Below are positions 1 through 8,253 of a stretch of DNA of 52,060 nt, in pieces. This DNA comes from a virus (taxonomy: Duplodnaviria > Caudoviricetes). A program made the translations under genes and the position numbers. Each line of letters opens with the position of its first letter. Positions within the stretch are counted from its first letter, which is position 1. The stretch is taken from IMG/VR virus record IMGVR_UViG_3300004199_000001, positions 1 through 52,060 of that record. The stretch is one strand, 5' to 3'. Under the pieces are notes generated by a model that searched no databases, was not told the DNA's origin, and was given only the letters and a program-made list of their open reading frames with translations.

Positions 1-18
1 ATCCCTGACGTCCCACCA
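1..18 (+). tRNA. 3' end of tRNA-Lys(CTT), or an att copy of it; left attachment site of element A
   Basis: ATCCCTGACGTCCCACCA is identical to the end of the 46-47 bp repeats at 44935..44981 and 51949..51994, which contain the anticodon loop (CTT), T-arm GGTTCGAATCC and CCA. The 5' part lies outside the window. Confidence 0.85.
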
Positions 19-26
19 ATAATATC

Positions 27-57
27 AAGGCCTTACGAGAAATCGAAGGCCTTTTTT
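27..57 (+). terminator. Rho-independent terminator after the tRNA 3' end, overlapping an IHF-like site (TATCAAGGCCTTA)
   Basis: AAGGCCTT...AAGGCCTT followed by a T run; near-copy at 52003..52038. Confidence 0.7.
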
Positions 58-75
58 ATTGCTTGTATTTCAAAA

Positions 76-95
76 TAGCGCAATTTTGGCGCACT
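76..95 (+). promoter_or_regulatory. Integrase arm-type site pair of element A (TAGCGCAAT-TT-TGGCGCACT)
   Basis: Matches TGGCGCACT-TT-TGGCGCAAT at 44801..44820, next to the other att and the integrase. Confidence 0.65.
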
Positions 96-262
96 TGTGA
101 AGAAGCGGGATATTTGGAGGCGGAGCCGGAATAAGGCGGAATGACGCGGAACCAGACGGAACAAGGGTTCAAAGGTATTTTTGCGTTTTTTTAGTTTTAC
201 GGGATATTTGGCGTCAAATTCAAAATAACAGAAAAATTTGCAAGATATTTGGCGTTAAATTT
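96..262 (+). repeat. Left end (attL) with three transposase-binding sites GATATTTGG at 109, 203 and 244
   Basis: The motif recurs inverted at the right end (CCAAAAATC at ~36210 and ~36232); L1 is separated from L2/L3 as in Mu. Confidence 0.8.
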
Positions 263-281
263 TTGCCGAAATAACACCCAT

Positions 282-1139
282 TCAAATTTCGTGGCCGTAC
301 CATCGGACACGACCAGCGATTTTTATTTCTTTGGCCTGATCAGGGCTGATTGTTTGCTCTTTATATCTCTCGTTGTCGCTAATGATGGTCAATGATCCGT
401 CCAGGGACTGCTGGATGCGTTTGACGATCAGGTGATGATCCGATTGGACTATATATATGGCATCGTCTTTAATAGATTCGATGCTGGTGTCTACTAAAAG
501 TATGTCACCGTGAAAAATAGTCGGCTCCATGCTGTCCCCCCTCGCCTTGATCAGTACGCATTTGCTGATTTGCAGGCCTCTTTGACTCAACCAATCCTTT
601 CTAAACGCCATTTCACTTTTTTGCAGCTCTTGATCGACAAGACTGCCATTCCCCGCCGAAGCTTCCACATCATAAAACGGCACTAGGGCGAAATCGCCCA
701 GGTTAGCCGCACTCATCCCCATCCTATCGTTACAAGCCTGTTGTGAATGCCCTAGGTAGGCAGGTTTTCTCTCTTCAACATCAAATATATCCAGTCCAGA
801 CCGTTGCGGACGCTGTACCTTGTCTCTATTCAGCACCCCGCCACTTTCTTCCTTAAGCCGATTGATCATCTCCAGAGTTTCCTGCCGCGTCATGGTCTTT
901 TCTTCCGTATCCTGCCGACTAAACCCGCCGTGCAGCAGCATGTCCCCTTCGCCCGTCAGCACCCAGTTGATGTTGACTCCAGCCTCCACCATTCCCGTTA
1001 AAGCACCAGATCCCGGTTCGCTAGGGCCTTTTTCATAATTCTTCCAAGATGGTAACGGAATATGAAATTTGGCCGCTGCCTCAGGTTGAGTCAAATCTAA
1101 TTCCATCCTTAATAGATGAAGTCTTTCATTTATTTTCAT
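282..1139 (-). CDS. Prophage repressor, XRE HTH plus S24 (LexA/CI-type) peptidase
   Basis: N-terminal HTH (LTQPEAAAKFHIPLPSWKNYEKG), Ala-Gly cleavage site EASAGNG, catalytic GDSMEP and VKR. Divergent from ner; likely start is ATG 1139. Confidence 0.9.
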   Translation of the reverse strand: MKINERLHLLRMELDLTQPEAAAKFHIPLPSWKNYEKGPSEPGSGALTGMVEAGVNINWVLTGEGDMLLHGGFSRQDTEEKTMTRQETLEMINRLKEESGGVLNRDKVQRPQRSGLDIFDVEERKPAYLGHSQQACNDRMGMSAANLGDFALVPFYDVEASAGNGSLVDQELQKSEMAFRKDWLSQRGLQISKCVLIKARGDSMEPTIFHGDILLVDTSIESIKDDAIYIVQSDHHLIVKRIQQSLDGSLTIISDNERYKEQTISPDQAKEIKIAGRVRWYGHEI

Positions 1140-1269
1140 TGCGCACCGATTGCGCACCGGTGCGCAACTCCTGAAAAATACGATGCGAAACATTGCGCAC
1201 CATTAACTATATGATATTTATAATAATTATTTGCTTTCATAGTAATATCTAATTTCATTCGGTGCGAAA
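1139..1269. repeat. Cluster of TTGCGCACC/GGTGCG(C/A)AA repeats; candidate transposition enhancer or operator
   Basis: Copies at ~1139, 1151, 1160 (inverted), 1193 and 1261 (inverted), around an AT-rich IHF-like stretch. Confidence 0.5.
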
Positions 1270-1321
1270 TGAAATTTAATACTTATCATGTCTTGACAAG
1301 TATCAAATTTCATCCTAATCT
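1269..1321 (+). promoter_or_regulatory. Early promoter (TTGACA-17-TAATCT) overlapped by a 45-bp imperfect palindromic operator
   Basis: -35 at 1293..1298, -10 at 1316..1321; inverted repeat ATGAAATTTAATACTT / AAGTATCAAATTTCAT spans 1269..1313. Confidence 0.65.
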
Positions 1322-1357
1322 ATTCATTCGTTACTAACTAGACAGGATATACAAGAC

Positions 1358-1741
1358 ATGAACGACAAAGACCAAAAAAATGCCAGTGTTGCTGCGGAAG
1401 CACCCGCGCAAGACTGGCACCCTGCCGATATTAAAGCCGCTTTAAACAAAGCCGGTTATACCCTTGCCTCATTAGCCGAAGAGCACGGCTTAAAAGCCGG
1501 TGGCACATTGTCAAAGGCACTGACATCAAGCTTTCCTATTGCCGAGCAGCGTATCGCCGATGCCATTGGCGTACACCCGAAAGTGATCTGGCCAAGCCGC
1601 TATAACGAAGACGGCACCCGCAAGCCGCAAGGCTTTCGAGCGTTAGAGTCTACCCGAAGAACCGCCAACGCTCAAGCCAAGGCCGCCGAAGCCGCAAGAA
1701 CTGGCAGCGAAGACGGTAGCATCGAAGAAAAAAAGAGCTGA
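1358..1741 (+). CDS. ner: Ner/Nlp-family transcriptional regulator
   Basis: DWHPADIKAAL...AEQRIADAIGVHPKVIWPSRY Ner signature; lies between repressor and transposase. Confidence 0.92.
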   Translation: MNDKDQKNASVAAEAPAQDWHPADIKAALNKAGYTLASLAEEHGLKAGGTLSKALTSSFPIAEQRIADAIGVHPKVIWPSRYNEDGTRKPQGFRALESTRRTANAQAKAAEAARTGSEDGSIEEKKS

Positions 1742-1772
1742 AGCATAACCCAATAAGGGCTAGGAGCAGCGT

Positions 1773-4127
1773 ATGAACAATATAAAAAGGCCAACCACGC
1801 TTGAAGAAATAAGGATGGCGCTTGGGAAATCAAAGCGGACTGTCGAAGTATCCGCAAAGAAAGGCGGGTGGGAATACACCGAAGAAAACGGATCAGGGAA
1901 AAACAAAAAACGCTTATACGCCTTGAAAAATTTACCCAAAGACATCCAGCAAGCCATTTTTTCACACCGATTTAACTTAGGAGTTAATCATGGACAACAC
2001 CAAACCAGCGGAGAAAGTTCGCCAGCTTCAACTGCCAGCAATAGCCGAGGAAATGAGCCAGGGGCAGATCAACGAAATCATGGATCTGGAAACGAAATTA
2101 ACGATGTTCCAGGTCGAATTCATGATGGAAGCGGTAACAAAACCGGGATTAAGACTGCCACTATGGGGGCATCAAAAGCGGGAAGACTGGGCAAAAATAC
2201 AGGCAGCGCCACTTTATTATGCCCCGGCACTGCTGGAGGAGGAAGAACTGAGGCAGTTCCTGCAACTCAAGGTGCTGGAGCGAATGAAACTGATCAGACA
2301 CCAGCAACTGACCCTAAAAAACGAGTGCTGGCAGCTGACCGCAAGGGGGCGACTAGTAGTGATCTGGCACATGCGAGTGGCGGCGGACTATCAAGCACAG
2401 ATGAATCACGGATCGACGACCGACAGCGCCTAAAAGACGGCTCCCGGCAAGTCATTTTACAGTTTGTCGAAAGCTATCCCGGATCTGTCGAGGCGGCTTG
2501 CGAGTATTTAACACACGGCTATGCCGCAGGCAGCTTAGCGCCCGACCTGGCGTATGCGATTCAGCACTGCAATGACAAGCTGAACGCAAACAGGATCGGC
2601 AAGGTCTCTGCCAGCACCGTTGGCAAATGGCGGCAACTGAAGAACAAAACCGGCCACTGTTTACCGTCCAAGACCCGGATCAAGATCGACTGGCAAAGCG
2701 TGTGGTGGTTCCATCTGTTCTTGTCCTGCTACCGCAAGCCGCAAAAGCCGAAGCTGACCGAGGCCCATGCGGAGTTCAAAAAGAACTGGCTCGAACAGAG
2801 TCTGTCGCTGGACGAGTTTCCCAGCTATCACACGGTTAACCGACTGCTTTCGACAGTGCCCCCTATCATCAGGGAGACGGGCCGTTGTACGGGTTCGGAA
2901 ATGGCGGCGCTCAAGTCATTTGTGCGCAGGGACTGGTCTGGATCGAGCAACGAGGTATGGGTCGGCGATGGGCATACTTTTAAAGCCAAGGTACGCCACC
3001 CAGAGACAGGACGGGCGTTTGCGCCGGAGGTCACGGTGATTATCGACGCGGCTAGCCGCTTCATTGTGGGCTGGGCGTTCAGCCTGTCGGAAAACCAGAT
3101 CGCCGTATCAGAGGCGCTAGGCCAAGCCATGCTGAAACATGGCAAACCGTTAATTTATTACTCGGATAACGGTTCCGGCCAGACCGCAAAAACCATCGAC
3201 TGCCCAGCGGGCGGAATGTTGGCAAGGCTTGGGGTTCGGCACCAAACCGGCATACCCGGAAATCCGCAAGGGCGCGGCTTGATCGAGGGGCTTTGGGACA
3301 TTACCGCGATTGCGGTAGCCAAGACGTTCCCGACCTTTCAAGGCACGGGCATGGATGACGGCGCATTGCGCAAGGTTACAGCGGCGATTAACAGCGCCAA
3401 GCGCAAGGGAGAAGTGCCGACTTTTGTACCGTCATGGCAAGAATTTATGGCCGCCTGCGAGGAGCGTTTTGATACTTACAACAACGAGCATAAGCATAGC
3501 AGCTTGGGTGGGAAGACCCCCGCCGAGGTGTATTTCGCCAACTTTGACGAGAGTTGGTCCTGCCCGCTAACTGAGGACGAGACACTTAACCTGTACCGAC
3601 CTTTTGTAGAACGGATGCCAAGGCGAGGCGAAGTAACCTGGATCAATAACATCTACTTCAATCAAAAACTGGTTGAACTGCCCGAGAAGACCAAGGTGCT
3701 CGTGGCTTATGACATGCACCATGCTAATCACGTCTGGATCAGCGACCTACAAGGTCGGTTTATTTGCGTGGCGGTATGGGATGGCAACAAGGTCGATGGC
3801 TTTCAAAAATCGTTTGTTGAGAAGCTGAAAGACCAACGCATCGACGGCATTGAAAAGCTCGCGCTTGAAAAGGCCGAGGCGGCCCGCGCTGAACGCTACG
3901 GCATCATTGACGGTGAAGTGCTGGAACGCATCCCAGCCATACCGCAGGAAGTCATCGAGCCATTGGTACGAGTTCAACCGATACCAAGGGAAGCAGATGA
4001 ACCGTTAAAAAGCCCGGTTATAGAGGGTGGATTTAACAGGCAGGAACCAGAAGAAAAGACCATGACCCGGCAGGAAACCGCCGAAATGATCCAGAAGCTT
4101 CTGGAAGCAAAGAATAAGGGCGGCTAG
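1773..4127 (+). CDS. Mu-type DDE transposase (MuA-like)
   Basis: N-terminal Mu HTH, DDE motifs WVGDGH / YSDNGSG / GRGLIEGLW, Mu-transposase C domain; followed by an ATPase gene. Confidence 0.95.
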   Translation: MNNIKRPTTLEEIRMALGKSKRTVEVSAKKGGWEYTEENGSGKNKKRLYALKNLPKDIQQAIFSHRFNLGVNHGQHQTSGESSPASTASNSRGNEPGADQRNHGSGNEINDVPGRIHDGSGNKTGIKTATMGASKAGRLGKNTGSATLLCPGTAGGGRTEAVPATQGAGANETDQTPATDPKKRVLAADRKGATSSDLAHASGGGLSSTDESRIDDRQRLKDGSRQVILQFVESYPGSVEAACEYLTHGYAAGSLAPDLAYAIQHCNDKLNANRIGKVSASTVGKWRQLKNKTGHCLPSKTRIKIDWQSVWWFHLFLSCYRKPQKPKLTEAHAEFKKNWLEQSLSLDEFPSYHTVNRLLSTVPPIIRETGRCTGSEMAALKSFVRRDWSGSSNEVWVGDGHTFKAKVRHPETGRAFAPEVTVIIDAASRFIVGWAFSLSENQIAVSEALGQAMLKHGKPLIYYSDNGSGQTAKTIDCPAGGMLARLGVRHQTGIPGNPQGRGLIEGLWDITAIAVAKTFPTFQGTGMDDGALRKVTAAINSAKRKGEVPTFVPSWQEFMAACEERFDTYNNEHKHSSLGGKTPAEVYFANFDESWSCPLTEDETLNLYRPFVERMPRRGEVTWINNIYFNQKLVELPEKTKVLVAYDMHHANHVWISDLQGRFICVAVWDGNKVDGFQKSFVEKLKDQRIDGIEKLALEKAEAARAERYGIIDGEVLERIPAIPQEVIEPLVRVQPIPREADEPLKSPVIEGGFNRQEPEEKTMTRQETAEMIQKLLEAKNKGG
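1990..2433 (+). CDS. Overprinted (+1 frame) 147-aa protein inside the transposase, possibly winged-helix
   Basis: AGGAG RBS at 1979..1983; folded-protein composition with LERMKLI...WQLTARGR; overlaps the low-complexity linker of the transposase. Confidence 0.7.
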   Translation: MDNTKPAEKVRQLQLPAIAEEMSQGQINEIMDLETKLTMFQVEFMMEAVTKPGLRLPLWGHQKREDWAKIQAAPLYYAPALLEEEELRQFLQLKVLERMKLIRHQQLTLKNECWQLTARGRLVVIWHMRVAADYQAQMNHGSTTDSA

Positions 4128-4195
4128 CCCCGCCCTACCCCCCATCTGACTGGTAACAGTCGGATTTTTACAACCAACCGAAAGGAATAATAACA

Positions 4196-4927
4196 ATGAA
4201 AGCACATTTTGTAAAAACCAGTAATTACAACCAGTTCATGACCATGCTGGCAGCGGTCGAGGGCCAGGCCCCCAAGGAGGGCCGCATCATCAACGTCAAC
4301 GGGGAGCCCGGCAGCGGCAAAAGCCGCGCGATGGATCATGTCGGCGCTGACCGCAACGCCATCTATATAGAGGGCATGCCCGGCATGACCGTAACCTATT
4401 TGCGCGAGCTGCTGGCTCATGAGCTGAATTGCAGCGGCGGAACCATGTTCAGGCAGCAACAGGCCATCAATAAAGCATTTTCCGATCGCAAACCGATGGT
4501 CATCTTGGACGAGGCTCAGCACGGCCTGAACAAAAAAGCCGAGTGCATCGAGTTCTTGCGCCGCACCTGCGAGCAGGTCGGCAGTGTGTTGGTACTGGTT
4601 TGCCATACCAGCGAGAAGCACCGATTCGGCGAGCATAAGCTGGCTCACATCTCAACTCGGATCAGCGCGGTGGTGGAGTTTACCCCGGCAACACTGGCCG
4701 ATTGCATCATGTATCTGGGCGAGTTGTGCGAGGTTGAGATCGATGCCGGAGTGGCACAGCTGGCGCTGACCCAATCCAGAGGCCGCTACAGATTGCTGTC
4801 CAACGCCTGCCGGACGCTGGAGGACTTCGCCACAGCGATGGGCAAGACCGCACTAACGGCGGATGACGTCAAGGGCATGATGCTTTGCGAAGATGCCATG
4901 AAGGCATTGCGTAAAGGCTCTAAATAA
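4196..4927 (+). CDS. MuB-like AAA+ transposition ATPase
   Basis: Walker A GEPGSGKS, Walker B VILDEAQ; directly after the transposase. Confidence 0.92.
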   Translation: MKAHFVKTSNYNQFMTMLAAVEGQAPKEGRIINVNGEPGSGKSRAMDHVGADRNAIYIEGMPGMTVTYLRELLAHELNCSGGTMFRQQQAINKAFSDRKPMVILDEAQHGLNKKAECIEFLRRTCEQVGSVLVLVCHTSEKHRFGEHKLAHISTRISAVVEFTPATLADCIMYLGELCEVEIDAGVAQLALTQSRGRYRLLSNACRTLEDFATAMGKTALTADDVKGMMLCEDAMKALRKGSK

Positions 4928-4952
4928 CTGTCACATTAGTAGGAGAGAACTA

Positions 4953-5306
4953 ATGCGACAAGGGCAAAGAGCACCACGCACCAGAACCGGCGGACTACGC
5001 GCCCGCGCCTGGTGGGTACTGCGCAAAAACAGAAGCATGACCATAGTTGAAATACAGACCACGATCTGCACCGGCGTCGAGAAAAACCCCGTCGCCAATC
5101 TGCGCAAGTGGCTGAACAAACTAGTCGATGCGGGAGTGATGGAGGCTGAGCGGGTCGATGACGGAAAATCGACCAGCAACGGCAGCTATCGCTACACAGT
5201 CAGGGAGAACTTGGGGCCGAAGGCTCCTATCGTCAGGGCGAAAACCGGACAGGTATTCGACCCGAACAGCGGCAAGATCGTCGTTAAGGCAGGGGCTGAT
5301 GGATGA
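4953..5306 (+). CDS. Early winged-helix-like DNA-binding protein
   Basis: AGGAG RBS; NLRKWLNKLVDAGVM...YRY wHTH pattern. Confidence 0.65.
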   Translation: MRQGQRAPRTRTGGLRARAWWVLRKNRSMTIVEIQTTICTGVEKNPVANLRKWLNKLVDAGVMEAERVDDGKSTSNGSYRYTVRENLGPKAPIVRAKTGQVFDPNSGKIVVKAGADG

Positions 5307-5610
5307 GCTATTAACGGCTTTCAAGGCCAAGCGCGACGAGATCGGCACCCAGGTGCTGGCCGATGCGCTGGGCATCAAGGACAGCGCGGTGCGGATGGTT
5401 TGCACCGGGCATTATCCAAACCCGAAAGGGATTCTGGAGAAGTTCGCCAAGCTGTATATCGATGTGGTGTCCTGCCCCTACGCAGGGCGAACCATCGAGC
5501 GCGACGAGTGCAACAACCGATCGACATCTACACGCCCTTTCGGGGGCCAATCCAAGCAAGCCTGGTGGGATGCCTGCCAGACTTGTGAACACCGAGGAGA
5601 GAGAAAATGA
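5299..5610 (+). CDS. Early HTH plus Cys-rich protein
   Basis: QVLADALGIKDSAVRMV HTH, CPY...C...CQTC; start overlaps the upstream stop region. Confidence 0.7.
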   Translation: MDELLTAFKAKRDEIGTQVLADALGIKDSAVRMVCTGHYPNPKGILEKFAKLYIDVVSCPYAGRTIERDECNNRSTSTRPFGGQSKQAWWDACQTCEHRGERK

Positions 5611-5954
5611 TAGAGCAAAATAAGGCTACAGCTCCAGATTCATCAGCCATCGGCACCATGAAAAGCTACGAGCTGATTAACGCGCCCCTAAAGTCCGCGC
5701 CGGTGCAGCTGGTCGCCCAGGTCGCCCAGGTCGCCAACAAGCTCAAGGACATGGGCTTCGAGATCGTCACCGGCCAGTTCGGCGACAATCCGGCGATCAC
5801 CGTCAAGGCGACGATCGCCACCCGGCAGCTGGAATCGGTCTATATCGGCCAGCACAGCGACAAGGACGGCAAGATGTACCGGACTTACGCAGCCGGTGTC
5901 GATGGGGTCAAGGTCATCTGGCACAGGCTAAAACCGATGCTGGCAATGCACTGA
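5607..5954 (+). CDS. Hypothetical early protein
   Basis: ATGA coupling, AGGAG upstream. Confidence 0.65.
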   Translation: MIEQNKATAPDSSAIGTMKSYELINAPLKSAPVQLVAQVAQVANKLKDMGFEIVTGQFGDNPAITVKATIATRQLESVYIGQHSDKDGKMYRTYAAGVDGVKVIWHRLKPMLAMH

Positions 5955-5956
5955 TG

Positions 5957-6008
5957 GTCGCATCGGTTCCCTACCGATTGCGACACTTCCGCCATCCCTG
6001 GCAGTCGC
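5957..6008 (-). repeat. Double-hairpin REP-like repeat, copy 1
   Basis: Reverse complement GCGACTGCCAGGGATGGCGGAAGTG plus a second hairpin; homologous to 12259..12308 and 18619..18668. Confidence 0.75.
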
Positions 6009-6128
6009 ACGGGCTGTTACTGCTGTTCATAGTAGTGGCGGCGCTGCCGTTAGTCATAGGCACTGGTAAATAACAACAAAGGGGTGCGGCATCCGCACCC
6101 TGCAACCTTATTAAAAAACGGATTGAAC

Positions 6129-6752
6129 ATGAGCAACTTAAGAGAGAGCAATATCCCCGACGGCTATTTGCAAAACGGCAGCGGCCACTTGGTGCCTGCG
6201 GAGCTGGTCAGCGACATCGACAAGACCCGCAATAACCTGGTGATGGAGATCGTCAGCAAGGCCAACGACCTGCGCGGCCTGCTGGGCGACTTCAAGGCCG
6301 ACGTGTTCGGCGACATCCAGGCGTTTACCGAACTGTCCGCCGAGAGATACCAGGTCAAGCTGGGCGGCATCAAGGGCAATATCACCCTGAGCAGCTTTGA
6401 CGGGCGCTATCAGGTCAAGCTGTCGCAGGCCGACGTGAAGATTTTCGACGAGCGCCTGCAAGCCGCTAAGGTGCTGGTCGATTCGTGTATTCATCGGTGG
6501 ACGGAAGGCAGCCGCATCGAGATCAAAGCCTTGGTCGAGCACGCTTTCCAGACCGACCGCGAAGGTAAGATCAGCCTGGGCCGGATCTACACATTGATGC
6601 AGCTGGATATCGATGATGAGGAATGGCAACAGGCCATGCAGGCGTTGCGCGATTCGATGCAGGTGGTCAGCACCAAGTCTTACCTGCGGATCTATGTGCG
6701 CAACAAACAAGGCAAGTTAGAACAGATGCCGATTGATCTGGCGGGGGTGTGA
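6129..6752 (+). CDS. DUF3164-like Mu early protein
   Basis: GGIKGNITLSSFDGRY...FDERLQAAK...EWQQAM..STKSYLRIY pattern typical of Mu-like prophages. Confidence 0.8.
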   Translation: MSNLRESNIPDGYLQNGSGHLVPAELVSDIDKTRNNLVMEIVSKANDLRGLLGDFKADVFGDIQAFTELSAERYQVKLGGIKGNITLSSFDGRYQVKLSQADVKIFDERLQAAKVLVDSCIHRWTEGSRIEIKALVEHAFQTDREGKISLGRIYTLMQLDIDDEEWQQAMQALRDSMQVVSTKSYLRIYVRNKQGKLEQMPIDLAGV

Positions 6753-6753
6753 G

Positions 6754-7182
6754 ATGCAGACAGCGCAAAGAGAAACACCTGAGCAGCAGCTTGACCGGGT
6801 GCTTGATTTAAACCCGCCACTGGTCGAGGAAGTCACCCGCAAAGATATTTGCGCCAAGCTGGAAATCAGCCTGGGTAAGATCGTCGATATCGTCGGCAAC
6901 TATCCGCATCTGAAATTCCCTACCCCTATTAAGCGGGGGCATGGCGGCACGCTGATTTACGACTGGCATGCGGTGCAGGCATGGGTGGCGCTTAACCCTA
7001 TCGACAAGATCCTATGGACGCAATCGGAAAAGGTCGAAAAGCCGATCATAGGGCTTGATCCCCTTCTGGCTATGGCGTTCATTACCGGACGCTATGACCC
7101 GGAGGAGCGCCAGCTGGACAACATGCGGCGACGCATTGCGGCGCGTTCCGTTATCCGCAGACGCGGAGGGGCGGCGCTATGA
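6754..7182 (+). CDS. Hypothetical early protein with AlpA/excisionase-like HTH
   Basis: TRKDICAKLEIS...FPTPIKR...YDWHAVQAW. Confidence 0.6.
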   Translation: MQTAQRETPEQQLDRVLDLNPPLVEEVTRKDICAKLEISLGKIVDIVGNYPHLKFPTPIKRGHGGTLIYDWHAVQAWVALNPIDKILWTQSEKVEKPIIGLDPLLAMAFITGRYDPEERQLDNMRRRIAARSVIRRRGGAAL

Positions 7183-7376
7183 CCATCGAAGAGCTACGCA
7201 GCAAAGCCGCAGCCCGCCACCGGAAGGCGGCGGGCACAACCGGCGACACCTACCACCGCTTGATGCAACGGGCGCAGGCGCTGGAAGCCGAAGCCAACGA
7301 GCGGGAATATTACAAAACCCGGATGGCCGAGTTTAGACGGTCAAGCCAACAGCACAAGGGGGCCGCGCATGGCTAA
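7179..7376 (+). CDS. Hypothetical early protein
   Basis: ATGA-coupled, GGAGG RBS. Confidence 0.6.
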   Translation: MTIEELRSKAAARHRKAAGTTGDTYHRLMQRAQALEAEANEREYYKTRMAEFRRSSQQHKGAAHG

Positions 7377-7545
7377 GTCAAAACTGGACGAGCTGAAAGA
7401 ACGGCTGGAATGTCAATTCCTGAAAGTCAGGCCGATACGCGGTTATTTTGTCTCGCATCATGGCTATAGCAATGAGGGCGTGTACTGCCGCGATCTGGAT
7501 GCCGTCGAGCGTCACCTTAAAAAAGTGGAGGAGCAAAATGGATAA
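7369..7545 (+). CDS. Small hypothetical protein (58 aa, MAKSKLDELK...; not in ORF track)
   Basis: Read directly; fills the gap and overlaps the neighbours at both ends. Confidence 0.6.
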   Translation: MAKSKLDELKERLECQFLKVRPIRGYFVSHHGYSNEGVYCRDLDAVERHLKKVEEQNG

Positions 7546-7954
7546 GAACAAAAAAAGCGAACTGGCGAAGATCCACATCGCTAAAAAACAGCTGGGCATG
7601 GATGACGATACCTATCGCGCCATGCTGAAACAGGTAGCCGGTGTTAACAGCGCCAGCGAATTAACGGAAAAAACACGCGCAAAAGTGCTGGATCACCTGA
7701 AAAAAGTCGGCTTCAAACCCGTCAAGCACAAAGGCCGTCCGCATAACATCGACACCAAGGCAGGTAACGCCAAGCAGCTGAGCAAGATCGAGGCGCTGCT
7801 GGCCGATGCAGGCAGGCCTTGGGCGTATGCGGCCAGCATGGCAAAGCGCATGTACAAGAAAGACGCGCTGGAGTTTTGTGATGGTACAGAGCTTGCGGGG
7901 ATTATTGCCGCCTTGGTCAAAGATGCGAAAAAGCTCGAGGAGGCAAGCCAATGA
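7538..7954 (+). CDS. gemA: GemA/gp16 (DUF1018) family protein
   Basis: LAKIHIAKKQLGMDDDTYRAML...GF signature. Confidence 0.88.
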   Translation: MDKNKKSELAKIHIAKKQLGMDDDTYRAMLKQVAGVNSASELTEKTRAKVLDHLKKVGFKPVKHKGRPHNIDTKAGNAKQLSKIEALLADAGRPWAYAASMAKRMYKKDALEFCDGTELAGIIAALVKDAKKLEEASQ

Positions 7955-8253
7955 TGCCAATAGAGACAAAGCCAATGCTTGCCAAGGTGATAAACATCTC
8001 AGATGTTAGAAGCAAGAGACTCGTGAAACCCTGCGCTCATAGGGCAATCTTAGTCGATGTGCAATTAAGCACCGTTGAGTGCGGCGACTGCGGCGAGAAA
8101 CTGAACCCGGTGATGATGCTCAGTCGTATGGGGCGCGAGGAATCCCGCTGGGCGGAAGAGTACAAACGACTCCAGGGCATTAAAAAGACGCTGGAAACAC
8201 GAACCCGCTGCAAGTGCCAGCATTGCGGACAGATGACGAGGATCAAGGTATGA
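7951..8253 (+). CDS. Zinc-ribbon hypothetical phage protein
   Basis: CxH, CxDC and CQHC motifs; coupled start. Confidence 0.7.
   Translation: MMPIETKPMLAKVINISDVRSKRLVKPCAHRAILVDVQLSTVECGDCGEKLNPVMMLSRMGREESRWAEEYKRLQGIKKTLETRTRCKCQHCGQMTRIKV

Noticed and set aside
1140-1193. 18-aa N-terminal extension of the repressor in the ORF track
   Set aside because: It runs through the TTGCGCACC repeat cluster; ATG 1139 starts directly at the HTH and is more plausible.
855-4100. Repressor/transposase similarity read as a DNA inversion site or DGR template/variable repeat
   Set aside because: Only 76% identical with many third-position differences, not adenine-specific; no invertase or reverse transcriptase in the window.
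5711-5736. 9-bp tandem repeat GGTCGCCCA (VAQVAQVA)
   Set aside because: Short in-frame slippage duplication with no further structure.
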